A DNA stretch of 64,000 nucleotides, taken from NCBI GenBank assembly GCA_032128875.1, contig JAVLKG010000007.1:32001-96000 (forward strand), read 5' to 3'. Shown here piece by piece: positions 20,833-30,660 of this stretch (position 1 is the first letter of the stretch; the number at the start of each line of letters is the position of its first letter). This DNA is from Candidatus Melainabacteria bacterium 17Bon1m (lineage in GTDB: Bacteria; Cyanobacteriota; Vampirovibrionia; Obscuribacterales; Obscuribacteraceae). Position numbers and translations under genes: made by a program. The notes under the pieces are model-generated. The model made no database searches, was not told the DNA's origin, and worked only from the letters and a program-made list of their open reading frames with translations.

Positions 20833-21301
20833 AATTCACCTCCGATTATTTGAGAGGTTGAACAGCGGGCTGCAAGAAAAACGCAACCCAGCGAGAATGC
20901 ACAAGCACAAGGGCGCCGTGTTGATGCGAATTAGTAGAAACCTTTCGACCGAACCTCAGCCAACCAAACGAACCTGCCTTTCGCCGAGCGGAGTCTCTGG
21001 CGATCGCGGCGCGATCAGGTCAAAGACTCTAAGAGCAGACTAGAGAGGAATTTGGGCTTGTGTGAAACGCGGACTGGGTTGGTGAAAAACGGTATGGTTG
21101 CAGCCTTACATAGATGCAAAGAGATAAGCTAATTGAGCTTATTTAAGAACACGCGTCATAGAACTATAAATAGAGAACGTTTGAGGCTAGAACGTTCATG
21201 AGCGTTCTTGAAACGCTCATAGAGCGCTCTAATAGCACTGGTTCGTTTTGATCTATGAAACCGGCCTAGTCTTCGCCGCGAAAAAAATAGACCTCGCGAA
21301 T

Positions 21302-22294
21302 CTATCGCGAGCCGTCTTCCTCTTCGTCAGTGAAAGCTTCGTGGTCAGGCGTGTCACGGTGATATTTCATCACTGATTCCTTTTGCTTTGCCGGCATCAT
21401 GTTGATGGCTTCATCGTGTGATAGCCAGTAGAGATATCCGAGCATGCCCGCCAAACCGAAATATGCAATGCCAATCATCGACTTCTGCGCCAGAGTTGCT
21501 GGAGTTTGAACCTGACCCGCACGCATAGGTCTTTGATCAGGGTTTTTGAACTGACCGACGGCGCTCATGAAGGCAATAATTCCGATGATCGCAAAGATGA
21601 ACGAATGGAAGAAGAAAGCATATGCAAAAACCAGTCCCACTCCCGGAATCAACAACCACTTACTGATTGCGTTGACGACAAAACCGCCGTCCAGTGGCTT
21701 TGCAGGGATGAGCTGCAGTAAGTTCAAGAACAGTCCAACGCTGCCGGCCGCAACAAAGAAAAGATTTTGCGTGGTAGCGCCGTAGTAGTAGAAAGCAGCG
21801 GAAGTGACACCGCCTAACAATGGTCCTGCTAATGAGACCCAAGCGTCAGTAGCTTGATCCGCAGGCATCTTTTCCATCTCGACGTAAGCGCCAAGGAAAG
21901 GAACAAACATCATCGGCTTAGGATTTAAGCCGTTAAACTTCATGCAAATGTAGTGACCAAGCTCGTGGATGATAATCAAACCCACGACAATCACCGCAAA
22001 AATTGGTCCAAAAAGCATCCAATAAGCTGCAAGTGAAACGAAGAGCATGAAAAAGCTTTTGAACAACCAACCTAACTTCAAAAAGCTCAGTCCCTTCAAT
22101 GCAGCGAAGAGGTAGAACTTGCCTTTCAGCAGAAACACACCGAGAAGGCCCAGCCCTCCCCACATCCCGGCTTTGCCTTTTTTCTCGGAACCTTCGTCGG
22201 AAGGCGCTTGCTGTTGGAAGTGTGCCTGCCCATGGTGAGTTTGCTGCTCGGCTCCGATTTCGCGATTGGATTCCGGTTGCTCTTGTGCGGACAT
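21302..22294 (-). CDS. Site-2 protease (M50 family zinc metalloprotease)
   Basis: HELGH, SLAGP, NLLQLIPAKPLDGG, multiple TMs. Confidence 0.92.
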   Translation of the reverse strand: MSAQEQPESNREIGAEQQTHHGQAHFQQQAPSDEGSEKKGKAGMWGGLGLLGVFLLKGKFYLFAALKGLSFLKLGWLFKSFFMLFVSLAAYWMLFGPIFAVIVVGLIIIHELGHYICMKFNGLNPKPMMFVPFLGAYVEMEKMPADQATDAWVSLAGPLLGGVTSAAFYYYGATTQNLFFVAAGSVGLFLNLLQLIPAKPLDGGFVVNAISKWLLIPGVGLVFAYAFFFHSFIFAIIGIIAFMSAVGQFKNPDQRPMRAGQVQTPATLAQKSMIGIAYFGLAGMLGYLYWLSHDEAINMMPAKQKESVMKYHRDTPDHEAFTDEEEDGSR

Positions 22295-22588
22295 TCAACA
22301 TTCCTCGTTTTGGTCGCTCGACCAATAGTTTCCTACCCGATGACTCGACACATATATGAAGCGTATCACCGTTGGAAATCTATCGCAGGGACGCCAAGAA
22401 CCGCACAAGAAGCCAAGTGTTACAACCAACACTTTCGCATCTGTTGGTTTTGGAGGATCATGAAACCCAAATCATGGAACCAGCTGGGGTTTCGAGCGTC
22501 TCAATCTTCTGTGCCAGTGCGTCCCCAACAAAATCTAAAACGCTCTGAACATGTACTGAAGCCCGTTAGTCGCTAAAATATTTGGGTT

Positions 22589-23398
22589 ATGGTTTCATCC
22601 GTTCGTTCTCGCAACAGCATATTTCGCCCCATCGACATCATGGTCGAGCAGTTCGGCAAAGCTTGCCAACTGCTCGGGCAATGCCTGATTCTCCTGTTTC
22701 ACACACTCAAGTACATAGTGCGCGGCGAGATCGACTGGCGCGAAACCTGGCGCCAGAGCTACAAAATTGGCGTCGAGTCTTGCATAGTCGTTTCGCTCAC
22801 CGCTCTATTCACCGGATTCGCTATGTCGCTGCAGATTTCGCGCGAGTTGGTGCTTTTTGGCGCCGACACCGCAATTGGCGGCGTCGTATCGCTGGCGCTG
22901 GTCAGGGAAATCGGTCCAATCACTGCCGGCATCATGGTCGCCGGGCGCGTCGGCTCGTCCGTCGCAGCCGAGCTGACCACTATGATGATTACCGAGCAAA
23001 TCGATGCTCTTAAGGTTATGCGCGTCGATCCCGTTCAATTCCTCGTTGTTCCGCGCTTCGTGGCAGCAATGCTGATGATGCCTGCGCTCACTGTTTACGC
23101 AATGGCGCTCGGACTTGTCGCCGGAATTCTTATCGCTTACTCAGCCGCAAACGTGCCTGCTGCAACCTTTCTCGACTCTGTCAAACAAACCATTCTCGAC
23201 CGCGATTTCGGCACGCACTTCTTGAAGGCGTGGACAAATGCGATTCTTATCATCGTAATTTCCTGTGCAATCGGGTTGAGAACCAGAGGTGGCGCGGAAG
23301 ACGTCGGTATCGCCACAACGCGCACGATCGTGTGGACTATGACGATGCTTTTCGTCTGCAACTACATCATCACCGCTGTCACATACGCGCCGAGGTGA
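22589..23398 (+). CDS. mlaE: MlaE family lipid ABC transporter permease
   Basis: REIGP, AGRVGSSVAAEL, EQIDALKVM..DP..FLVVPR, GGAEDVG.ATT. Confidence 0.95.
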   Translation: MVSSVRSRNSIFRPIDIMVEQFGKACQLLGQCLILLFHTLKYIVRGEIDWRETWRQSYKIGVESCIVVSLTALFTGFAMSLQISRELVLFGADTAIGGVVSLALVREIGPITAGIMVAGRVGSSVAAELTTMMITEQIDALKVMRVDPVQFLVVPRFVAAMLMMPALTVYAMALGLVAGILIAYSAANVPAATFLDSVKQTILDRDFGTHFLKAWTNAILIIVISCAIGLRTRGGAEDVGIATTRTIVWTMTMLFVCNYIITAVTYAPR

Positions 23399-23409
23399 TC
23401 AATTTGCAG

Positions 23410-24162
23410 ATGGTTCGTCAAAAACAGCCTCCGAAAATAGACAGCTCAACTCAACCTATGGTTGAAGTCAAAGACGTGTACAAAGCGTTTGGCGACAAAG
23501 CTATTCTCAAAGGCGTCACCTTCAACGTTTACCCAGGCGAAATCCTTGGCTTGGTCGGCAAATCCGGCTGCGGAAAGTCCACCATACTCAAGATTTTGTG
23601 CGGACTGCTAGAACCAGACTCGGGCACGATCCGCATGCACTCCGACGAAGTCGGGCTTGTATTCCAAGGCTCTGCGCTTTTGAACTCCTATACGGTCAAG
23701 GAAAACCTGGCCATAGCGCTGCGCAGACGCAAATTGAGCAAGCAAGAACAAGAGCGAATTATCGCCGAGAAGTTAGAGCTGGTCGGGCTGCGCGGTTTTG
23801 AAAACAAGTATCCGACCCAGCTTTCCGGCGGTCAGCAAAAGCGGACGAGTTTTGCCCGCGCCATCGTCAACGATCCGAAAATCATTTTTTATGATGAGCC
23901 GACAACCGGACTCGATCCGGTCATCTCGACCGTCATCGAAGACTACATGAACGAGCTGGAAGACAGGCTCAACGCTGCATCCATCGTCGTTACGCACCAA
24001 TTATCCACATGGACGCGCACAGCCGATCGCGTGCTTCTGATGCACGACGGGCGCATCGAGTGGGAAGGAACACCTGATGAGGCGCTGATTTCATCGAATC
24101 CGTACATCCAACAATTTGCGTATGCTAAGCGGGAGGGACCTCTGCTTGATAGCACTATTTGA
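23410..24162 (+). CDS. mlaF: MlaF family ABC ATP-binding protein
   Basis: GKSGCGKS, LSGGQ, YDEPTTGLDP, VTH; lies between mlaE and the MCE gene. Start could be GTG 23395. Confidence 0.93.
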   Translation: MVRQKQPPKIDSSTQPMVEVKDVYKAFGDKAILKGVTFNVYPGEILGLVGKSGCGKSTILKILCGLLEPDSGTIRMHSDEVGLVFQGSALLNSYTVKENLAIALRRRKLSKQEQERIIAEKLELVGLRGFENKYPTQLSGGQQKRTSFARAIVNDPKIIFYDEPTTGLDPVISTVIEDYMNELEDRLNAASIVVTHQLSTWTRTADRVLLMHDGRIEWEGTPDEALISSNPYIQQFAYAKREGPLLDSTI

Positions 24163-24196
24163 ACCGAAGACCAAAGAGAAAGACAGGACAAAGCAA

Positions 24197-25507
24197 TTGA
24201 ATTCAACACCTATTCAGAAGAAGCCCGAGGAGTCCATTCATTATGAATGGCGGGTCGGCTTCTTTGCTTTCGTCGCTTTCTGCCTTTTGACTTTTGGCTG
24301 GGGCTGGCTCAAATCTTTCTCAATGGAAGCGCCTCAGCGTTTCGGCGTCAGATTTGCTGACGTCGCCGGACTGGCGAACAACGCGCCAGTCAACCTCAAT
24401 GGTGTTCGCGTAGGCGTGGTCGAAAAAATCGATCTCAAAGGAAAGAGCGAAGTCATCGCGCACTTGAAGATCACAACAACTGATGTACCGATCACCGAAG
24501 GTTCCAAAGTCACGATTCAAACACTTGGTTTGGTGGGCGCCAAGTACATTGAAATCAACCTGCCCGACATCAAAGAAGGCGAACCTGCACCCCCAGTTAT
24601 TCCCACAGATTCAATCGTCGAAGGTGAAAACCCGGTTCGCACCGAACTTTACCTCAACAAGATCGCGACCAACTTCAGCAGTTTCACAGATGATATTGCC
24701 GCTGAAAAGTCGAGAACAAGCCTTAGAACGGCGCTGGAAAAATCCGGCGCGACAATGACCAATATTCAGTCTGCGGCTGAGAAGCTCGACAAGAACATGG
24801 AAAAGCTCTCCTCCGCTACCGAAAGTTTGAAGGGCACCTCCGACAAATTCGGCCACACTTCGCAGTCTGCAACAAGATTTTTCGACGAAGGCTCAAGCAC
24901 TCTCAAGGACGTGAAGGGCGTATCGACACGCATGAAGAAGATTCTCGACAATCCGGCTCTGACGACCGATTTGAAAGAAACAGCTCAAATGGCGCGCGAG
25001 ACCTCGGAAAATGTCAAAGCGGCCCTCAACAATCTGACCAATACTCTTCAAGACAAGCCTCTGCGCGACGACATGCTTAATATGATGACGAAGCTCAGCT
25101 CTTCGACTGAAAGCATCGCTGTCTCCATGAAGCAGGTCGATAAACTGACCGGCGATCAAGCGCTGCGAAGCGACCTCAAGCAGATTACAGAAAACGCTAG
25201 AGATGCGGTCAACAAAGCAAACAAGCTGGTTAGCGACACTAATTTCGGAGCTGATATCTCGTCGACCATGCAGTCGGTGAAGAAAACATCTAATGACCTC
25301 GATATAGTCGCTAAACAGCTCAATCAGGTACTCAACAAGCGCAATCCTCTTTTCCACTTGATGTTCGGCAAGCCCGGCTACATCAAAGAAACAAAAGTAA
25401 AAGAAGAGAAAACCGAGAAGAAAGAAGGCGCGGAGACGAAGAAGACGGTTGAAACGACCACGACAGAAACTCCCGCGCAGCCTGCCGAGCCACCCAAGAG
25501 CGAATAA
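24197..25507 (+). CDS. mlaD: MlaD/MCE-domain protein with long helical extension
   Basis: RVGFF TM, F.DVAGL..NAPV.LNGVRVG.V, TLGLVGAKYIEI. TTG start chosen from upstream AGGA. Confidence 0.92.
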   Translation: MNSTPIQKKPEESIHYEWRVGFFAFVAFCLLTFGWGWLKSFSMEAPQRFGVRFADVAGLANNAPVNLNGVRVGVVEKIDLKGKSEVIAHLKITTTDVPITEGSKVTIQTLGLVGAKYIEINLPDIKEGEPAPPVIPTDSIVEGENPVRTELYLNKIATNFSSFTDDIAAEKSRTSLRTALEKSGATMTNIQSAAEKLDKNMEKLSSATESLKGTSDKFGHTSQSATRFFDEGSSTLKDVKGVSTRMKKILDNPALTTDLKETAQMARETSENVKAALNNLTNTLQDKPLRDDMLNMMTKLSSSTESIAVSMKQVDKLTGDQALRSDLKQITENARDAVNKANKLVSDTNFGADISSTMQSVKKTSNDLDIVAKQLNQVLNKRNPLFHLMFGKPGYIKETKVKEEKTEKKEGAETKKTVETTTTETPAQPAEPPKSE

Positions 25508-25539
25508 TACCCAAAGCGTGGCGCTCCGGTTCTCTTAAC

Positions 25540-25677
25540 GTAGGGGCGATGCCATGCGTCGCCCGGTTTATTAGGGTAAAATAGTCGGTCCCCAATCGGG
25601 TTATGGTGTCGGCGTAATGTAGAGTCGACGCCATGCGTGGAGTTGACTTAATGTAGGGTCGACGCCATGCGTCGACC
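25540..25677 (+). repeat. Cluster of three GTAG-type REP-like palindromes
   Basis: GTAGGGGCGATGCCATGCGTCGCCC (25540), GTAGAGTCGACGCCATGCGT (25619), GTAGGGTCGACGCCATGCGTCGACC (25653). Confidence 0.8.
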
Positions 25678-25695
25678 GCACAAGAGAGACTGGCT

Positions 25696-27129
25696 ATGAA
25701 ATACGACACAGTTATCGGGCTGGAAGTTCACGCCCAACTGAAAACAAAGACCAAGATATTTTGCTCCTGCCCAACCGAATTCGGGCAGGGTCCAAACGAT
25801 CAAGTCTGCCCAATTTGCCTGGGAATGCCGGGCGTGCTGCCGGTTTTAAATAAGCGCGCACTCGAACTTGCAATTCGCGCGGGTCTCTCTCTAAACTGCG
25901 AGATCGCCGAAACAACTAAGTTTGACCGCAAAAACTATTTCTATCCTGACTTGCCGAAAGGCTATCAAATCTCGCAATACGACAAACCTATTTGCAAACA
26001 AGGGCATCTGACCGTCAAAGGAAAGAAGGTTCGCATCACGCGTGCGCACCTTGAAGAAGATGCTGGAAAGCTCGTTCACGCTGGCGCAGAAGGCTTGCAC
26101 GGCTCCACGCACTCTTGCCCGGACTACAACCGTGCCGGTGTTCCGCTTTTGGAAATCGTCAGCGAGCCGGACATCACATCCGCTGAAGATGCGCGCGAAT
26201 ACTTAACTGAGTTGCGCACACTGCTGCGCTATGTGGATGTTTGCGATGGAAACTTGGAAGAAGGAAGTTTTCGCTGTGATGCAAACGTTTCCATCAAACC
26301 CGCTGGTTCTGCGGAACTCGGAACACGCACCGAAATCAAAAACATGAACAGCTTCAAGGCTGTTGAGCGCGCAATCAACTCCGAAGTGGAACGCCAAATC
26401 CAGCTCGTAGAGGGCGGCGGCAAAGTCGTGCAAGAAACACGCTTGTGGAACGAAGCCACAGGAAAAACTTTTGCCATGCGCTCGAAAGAAGATGCGCATG
26501 ATTACAGGTATTTCCCAGACCCAGATCTAATTCCCTTCACGGTCAGCCGCGACTGGGTGAAAGAAGTTGAAGCCGAGATGCCGGAATTGCCTGAAGCACG
26601 CCGCGCTCGTTATATCGAGAAATGCGGCATGTCAGCGGAGGACGCTTACATTCTTGCAGAAAACAAAGACATGAGCGACTTCTATGATGAGGTTTTGAAA
26701 CTCGGTGCCAACGCAAAAACCGTTGCAAACTGGCTCTTGGGACCAGCTCTCGCTTTCATGAATGAAAACGGGCTTGATTTCACCCAACTCAAAGCAACAC
26801 CGCAAACGATTGCGGACCTCGCTAATGTCGTCAACAAAGGCACAATTGGCACCACGACTGCAAAGCAACTGCTTCCGGAACTCCTTAAAGACGGCGGCGA
26901 TGTGAATCAGATCATCAAAGATAAAGGGCTCGCCCAAGTTTCTGATGAAGCCGGCTTGAAAACTGCAGTAGAAGAAGTTATTTCCAAATTCCCCGATCAG
27001 CTCGCCGAGTTTCGCTCAGGCAAAGTCAAAGTACGCCAATTCTTCTTCGGCGAAACGATGAAATCGCTCAAGGGCAAAGGCAATCCGCAAGTCATCAACA
27101 AACTTCTGGACGAACTTCTCCCCGGCTAA
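25696..27129 (+). CDS. gatB: Asp/Glu-tRNA amidotransferase subunit B
   Basis: VIGLEVHAQL, FDRKNYFYPDLPKGYQISQ, HLEEDAGK, RCDANVS, DYRYFPDPDL. Confidence 0.99.
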   Translation: MKYDTVIGLEVHAQLKTKTKIFCSCPTEFGQGPNDQVCPICLGMPGVLPVLNKRALELAIRAGLSLNCEIAETTKFDRKNYFYPDLPKGYQISQYDKPICKQGHLTVKGKKVRITRAHLEEDAGKLVHAGAEGLHGSTHSCPDYNRAGVPLLEIVSEPDITSAEDAREYLTELRTLLRYVDVCDGNLEEGSFRCDANVSIKPAGSAELGTRTEIKNMNSFKAVERAINSEVERQIQLVEGGGKVVQETRLWNEATGKTFAMRSKEDAHDYRYFPDPDLIPFTVSRDWVKEVEAEMPELPEARRARYIEKCGMSAEDAYILAENKDMSDFYDEVLKLGANAKTVANWLLGPALAFMNENGLDFTQLKATPQTIADLANVVNKGTIGTTTAKQLLPELLKDGGDVNQIIKDKGLAQVSDEAGLKTAVEEVISKFPDQLAEFRSGKVKVRQFFFGETMKSLKGKGNPQVINKLLDELLPG

Positions 27130-27235
27130 AATCGTGGGGGCGCGTTGCACGCCACCTTTTCCAATTTTGATTGGAGCGATGCCATGCATCGTACGGCTTA
27201 ATTTGCCGTGATAGATTGGAGAAACTTCTCTCTCC

Positions 27236-27754
27236 ATGCAAATGCTAAACAACCTCAAAAATTGCTTCACTGTTTCCGTCCTAATGCTGCTGCTTTGCGG
27301 TTCAAATTGTTTCGCAAAAACGCCTGACACCGAGAGTAGAACAAATCAAACCAGTACAAAACCCACTGACTCTAAGCTACGTGAAACGAGCACAAGAACT
27401 GCAAAACAAGCTCACGCGGAGCCTAAGAAAGCGCTCTTGGACGACGAAGCCGCCAAAAGCAGTGTTTCAGATTTTGCAAAAGAATACGCTGCTCTCATGA
27501 AGAAGGCGACATCAGCTATCCATATAAACTGGCCTTTGAAAATGAACGCAGAACAAAAACTTTGGAGCGACTACAAGTCAGGAAAGTATGCGAAGAACAG
27601 AGAGTTCATGCGGAATATGAAACTGGCTGAGCCATATCACAACAGGCTTCGTTCCATCCTGCACATATTCGAAGATCAAAAGCTCGAGAAGCTCGATTTT
27701 TCGCACTCGTCTAACGCGAAGCCCAACGTGAAGAAAAATAGCTCGGTCAGATAA
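27236..27754 (+). CDS. Hypothetical secreted protein
   Basis: Signal-peptide-like N-terminus; 172-aa ORF. Confidence 0.6.
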   Translation: MQMLNNLKNCFTVSVLMLLLCGSNCFAKTPDTESRTNQTSTKPTDSKLRETSTRTAKQAHAEPKKALLDDEAAKSSVSDFAKEYAALMKKATSAIHINWPLKMNAEQKLWSDYKSGKYAKNREFMRNMKLAEPYHNRLRSILHIFEDQKLEKLDFSHSSNAKPNVKKNSSVR

Positions 27755-27832
27755 TTCGATAACAAGTCAGTAACAACGTACCGCCGGATACAAACTACAA
27801 TAGACACCTCTTCGATGTTTGGAGGTTCGTCC

Positions 27833-28747
27833 ATGAAAGCTTTTGGCGCAGTTGCAGCCCTTTTTCTTCTTTGCACTACCGCAAGTTTCGCGCAAATTTC
27901 CGTACAAGGTGAGGACGGAAGCACAATTACCATTGGACCTGGCGGCATCAATATGAATGACCGCAGCTCGGGAAGCAAATCACACGTGCGGATGGGCGCT
28001 GGCGGAATACAAATAGACAGCGCAAATGGCGCAAATCGATCGCGCGTCAACCTCGGACCAGGCATCAATGTTCAAACAAATCGAGGAGTTGGGACTAGCG
28101 TAACCTCGACCACAAAACACATCGGCACAAACACTGTAAAGACGACCACAGTCACACAAACTGCTGGCGGTGCCGGTCAGCAAATTTCACTCATCGAACT
28201 GAAAATCTACGGAAAGACCTTTCCGGCAATGCCTTTGATGGCTCGCGTTGAAAAACTCGAAGTAGACAACCTGGGCAAGAAAGGCGCTGGTCCGCTGAAA
28301 ACTCGAATCAGCATTTTAGCGAAAGAACTCGGCGTTAACCTGGCGTCGACCACAACGACTACCTCCACGACCGTCGTCAATCCCGGCAATACCATACACA
28401 TAAACTCTGGACGACCAGAAGCTGCCACAATCAGCGTCATCGACGGCGCTTCGAGAGGATCAATCATCGCCAATGAGTTGAATGATCTAGTGATTAACGA
28501 AAACAATCAAATTATCAAAGGACACTGCAACGGCAACGCCATTGTGATCAATGGAAACCACTGCCAGCTTCATCTTTCAGGCAAGTTAGGAAGTGTCACT
28601 ATCAATGGTAATCACAATATCGTAAAGTCGGAGCGCATCGAAGAAGTTGTCACCAACGGCAATTTCAACGCAGTCACCTGGGCGCATGGACAGGCAACGC
28701 CGGACATCGCTAATAACGGCAAAGACAACACCATTCGCCAGCAATAA
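27833..28747 (+). CDS. Secreted protein with beta-repeat (DUF3060-like) C-terminus
   Basis: GGAGG RBS, signal peptide ending SFA, repeated IxxGxGGI units, C-terminal INGNH/NGNxN repeats. Confidence 0.75.
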   Translation: MKAFGAVAALFLLCTTASFAQISVQGEDGSTITIGPGGINMNDRSSGSKSHVRMGAGGIQIDSANGANRSRVNLGPGINVQTNRGVGTSVTSTTKHIGTNTVKTTTVTQTAGGAGQQISLIELKIYGKTFPAMPLMARVEKLEVDNLGKKGAGPLKTRISILAKELGVNLASTTTTTSTTVVNPGNTIHINSGRPEAATISVIDGASRGSIIANELNDLVINENNQIIKGHCNGNAIVINGNHCQLHLSGKLGSVTINGNHNIVKSERIEEVVTNGNFNAVTWAHGQATPDIANNGKDNTIRQQ

Positions 28748-28824
28748 AGTAAAAACTCAAAAGCGGCCGTGCATGATAGATTGATTGAAGGCATCCCGGC
28801 TCCCTTGCCTTCAATTTTTCTAGA

Positions 28825-29241
28825 ATGACAAATCCAATATCAGATGGTGAAGGCATTCTCCTCAATCGTCCGCAAAATGCTGCGCGGACGGATGAAGCGG
28901 TCGCAGCCGAACGAAAGAAACTACTGATCATTTACGGATCGTTTGTTGGTGTGCAGCTGGTCGTGTACTTGTGCACTTATTTGACTGTCCCTGGGTTCAT
29001 AACCCCCTTTCTCAACCACCCTATTGCACGCATTGTCATTTCAACGTTTTTTCTTTGGGAAGTTGGTTTGTGCGCACTGCACTTGTTTTTGGCACCCATA
29101 AGCAACTTTGGTCGTGCCGCAACTATTGCCGTGGTTGTGCTGATCGGGATTATTCCGAATATTATGCTTCCCATGCTCGGCCCGGCTTGCATCGTAATTC
29201 TCAGCGCGCTGGGACCAGCTATACTAGCCCCTTTTCTATAA
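28825..29241 (+). CDS. Hypothetical 3-TM membrane protein
   Basis: Hydrophobic; PGFITPFLNH and LPMLGPA motifs are shared with the next ORF. Confidence 0.7.
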   Translation: MTNPISDGEGILLNRPQNAARTDEAVAAERKKLLIIYGSFVGVQLVVYLCTYLTVPGFITPFLNHPIARIVISTFFLWEVGLCALHLFLAPISNFGRAATIAVVVLIGIIPNIMLPMLGPACIVILSALGPAILAPFL

Positions 29242-29249
29242 GACAGGAA

Positions 29250-29684
29250 ATGAAAGAGCGCTTATCCGAGCCTGTTCGCAACGAACTACTAGCAATCCGA
29301 AAAACTTACACTCGCATAGTTTTGGTCCAATGCACTTTTTTCATACTCCTGATCATTGCGTCGCCGTCGTACCTAATTCCCCTGCTGAAACATGAAAAAG
29401 CCATTCCATGGGAAATTGGGATCGTGTGCGCTGAAGCCCTTTTGATTTGGACACACGAAATGTTGAGACCAATCTCGAGATGGAAGCGAATCTCTTGCTA
29501 CGCAATCACACTAATGTTTGGAGTCGCACCCACAAGCCTTATTCCTTTGATTGGGCCTGCCATCGTTACTGTTTCAAACTCTCTCTGTAACGGACTCGTA
29601 GGTGGCGGAAGTCTCCAGTATTTTGAAACCAGCCAGCGAGACAGCGTTTCCAAGACCAGGAAAAGTGGCGGCTCTTCGTGGTAA
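29250..29684 (+). CDS. Hypothetical 3-TM membrane protein, paralog of 28825..29241
   Basis: AGGA RBS, ATG 29250; PSYLIPLLKH and IPLIGPA motifs. Confidence 0.7.
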   Translation: MKERLSEPVRNELLAIRKTYTRIVLVQCTFFILLIIASPSYLIPLLKHEKAIPWEIGIVCAEALLIWTHEMLRPISRWKRISCYAITLMFGVAPTSLIPLIGPAIVTVSNSLCNGLVGGGSLQYFETSQRDSVSKTRKSGGSSW

Positions 29685-29705
29685 GACATATAGTGTCTAC
29701 CTTCG

Positions 29706-30518
29706 ATGCACCGGAGTTTTATAGTGGCATCCCACGGACGCAACCAAATTGCGCATCCGCTTTCAAATTCGAATCGTCGCATTAAGCGGCGATTTTCTGC
29801 GTTTTTGCCAACACTTCTAGCGTTGGTTAGTTTGCCTGCACTTTCGGTTGCAAGCCTTGCTGGTTCCTACACCTCTCCGCACGGACCCGAACCGTTTTAC
29901 CCGCGCTTCCTCGTTTCTCCCATGCGCGACGATATTCCATATTCGCCGGTTGGTATGGGTTTGGTCACATCGAAAGCTGGATTTAGAATTCACCCCGTGA
30001 CAGGGCGTGGCGACTTTCACTCGGGCGTCGACTTGGGCGCGAATCTCAATCAAGAAGTCTACAACTTGCTCGATGGACAAGTGATTCGTGTCGGTTGGCG
30101 AGGCGCGCTCGGATATCACGTCGAAGTCCTTCATCCATATCCTTATCCTGGCATTCGCACAATCTGCGGTCACTTGAACGCATTTTGCGTACGACCCGGA
30201 GAATGGGTTTGTCGCGGTCGCGTTTTGGGATATGCAGGAACGACCGGACGCTCTACTGGCGTACACGTGCACTACACGGTCGTTAGAGCGGACACGAAAG
30301 AATTGATCGATCCGATGGAATATTTACAGCTCGTACCTAAATATGTAAAAGCGCTGAAGACTGCGCAGTATCAAGCGGCGATTGCATTCTACAAACAGAA
30401 CGCGAAGAAAAATCTGGACAAGGTAAAACCTCTTGACTTGGGCGATGAGGAAGAAGAGCCCAAGGAAGAGGAGAAAAAACCACCTAATAAAAAGGAAGAG
30501 CCTTACGAAATTCCGTAA
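29706..30518 (+). CDS. M23 family metallopeptidase
   Basis: RIHPVTG..FHSGVD (HxxxD) and TGRSTGVHVHY (HxH); start uncertain. Confidence 0.92.
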   Translation: MHRSFIVASHGRNQIAHPLSNSNRRIKRRFSAFLPTLLALVSLPALSVASLAGSYTSPHGPEPFYPRFLVSPMRDDIPYSPVGMGLVTSKAGFRIHPVTGRGDFHSGVDLGANLNQEVYNLLDGQVIRVGWRGALGYHVEVLHPYPYPGIRTICGHLNAFCVRPGEWVCRGRVLGYAGTTGRSTGVHVHYTVVRADTKELIDPMEYLQLVPKYVKALKTAQYQAAIAFYKQNAKKNLDKVKPLDLGDEEEEPKEEEKKPPNKKEEPYEIP

Positions 30519-30660
30519 GGTGATTTCTCTAAATTACCGTTGGGTCGCCGTCATGCGTCGACCGTTTTTTAGCACCATGCGTTTTGTCACCAATCTGATC
30601 CATGTCGGCGAGCCGCCGACATATCAATGATCAATGTCGGCGAGACGCCGACACCTATGA

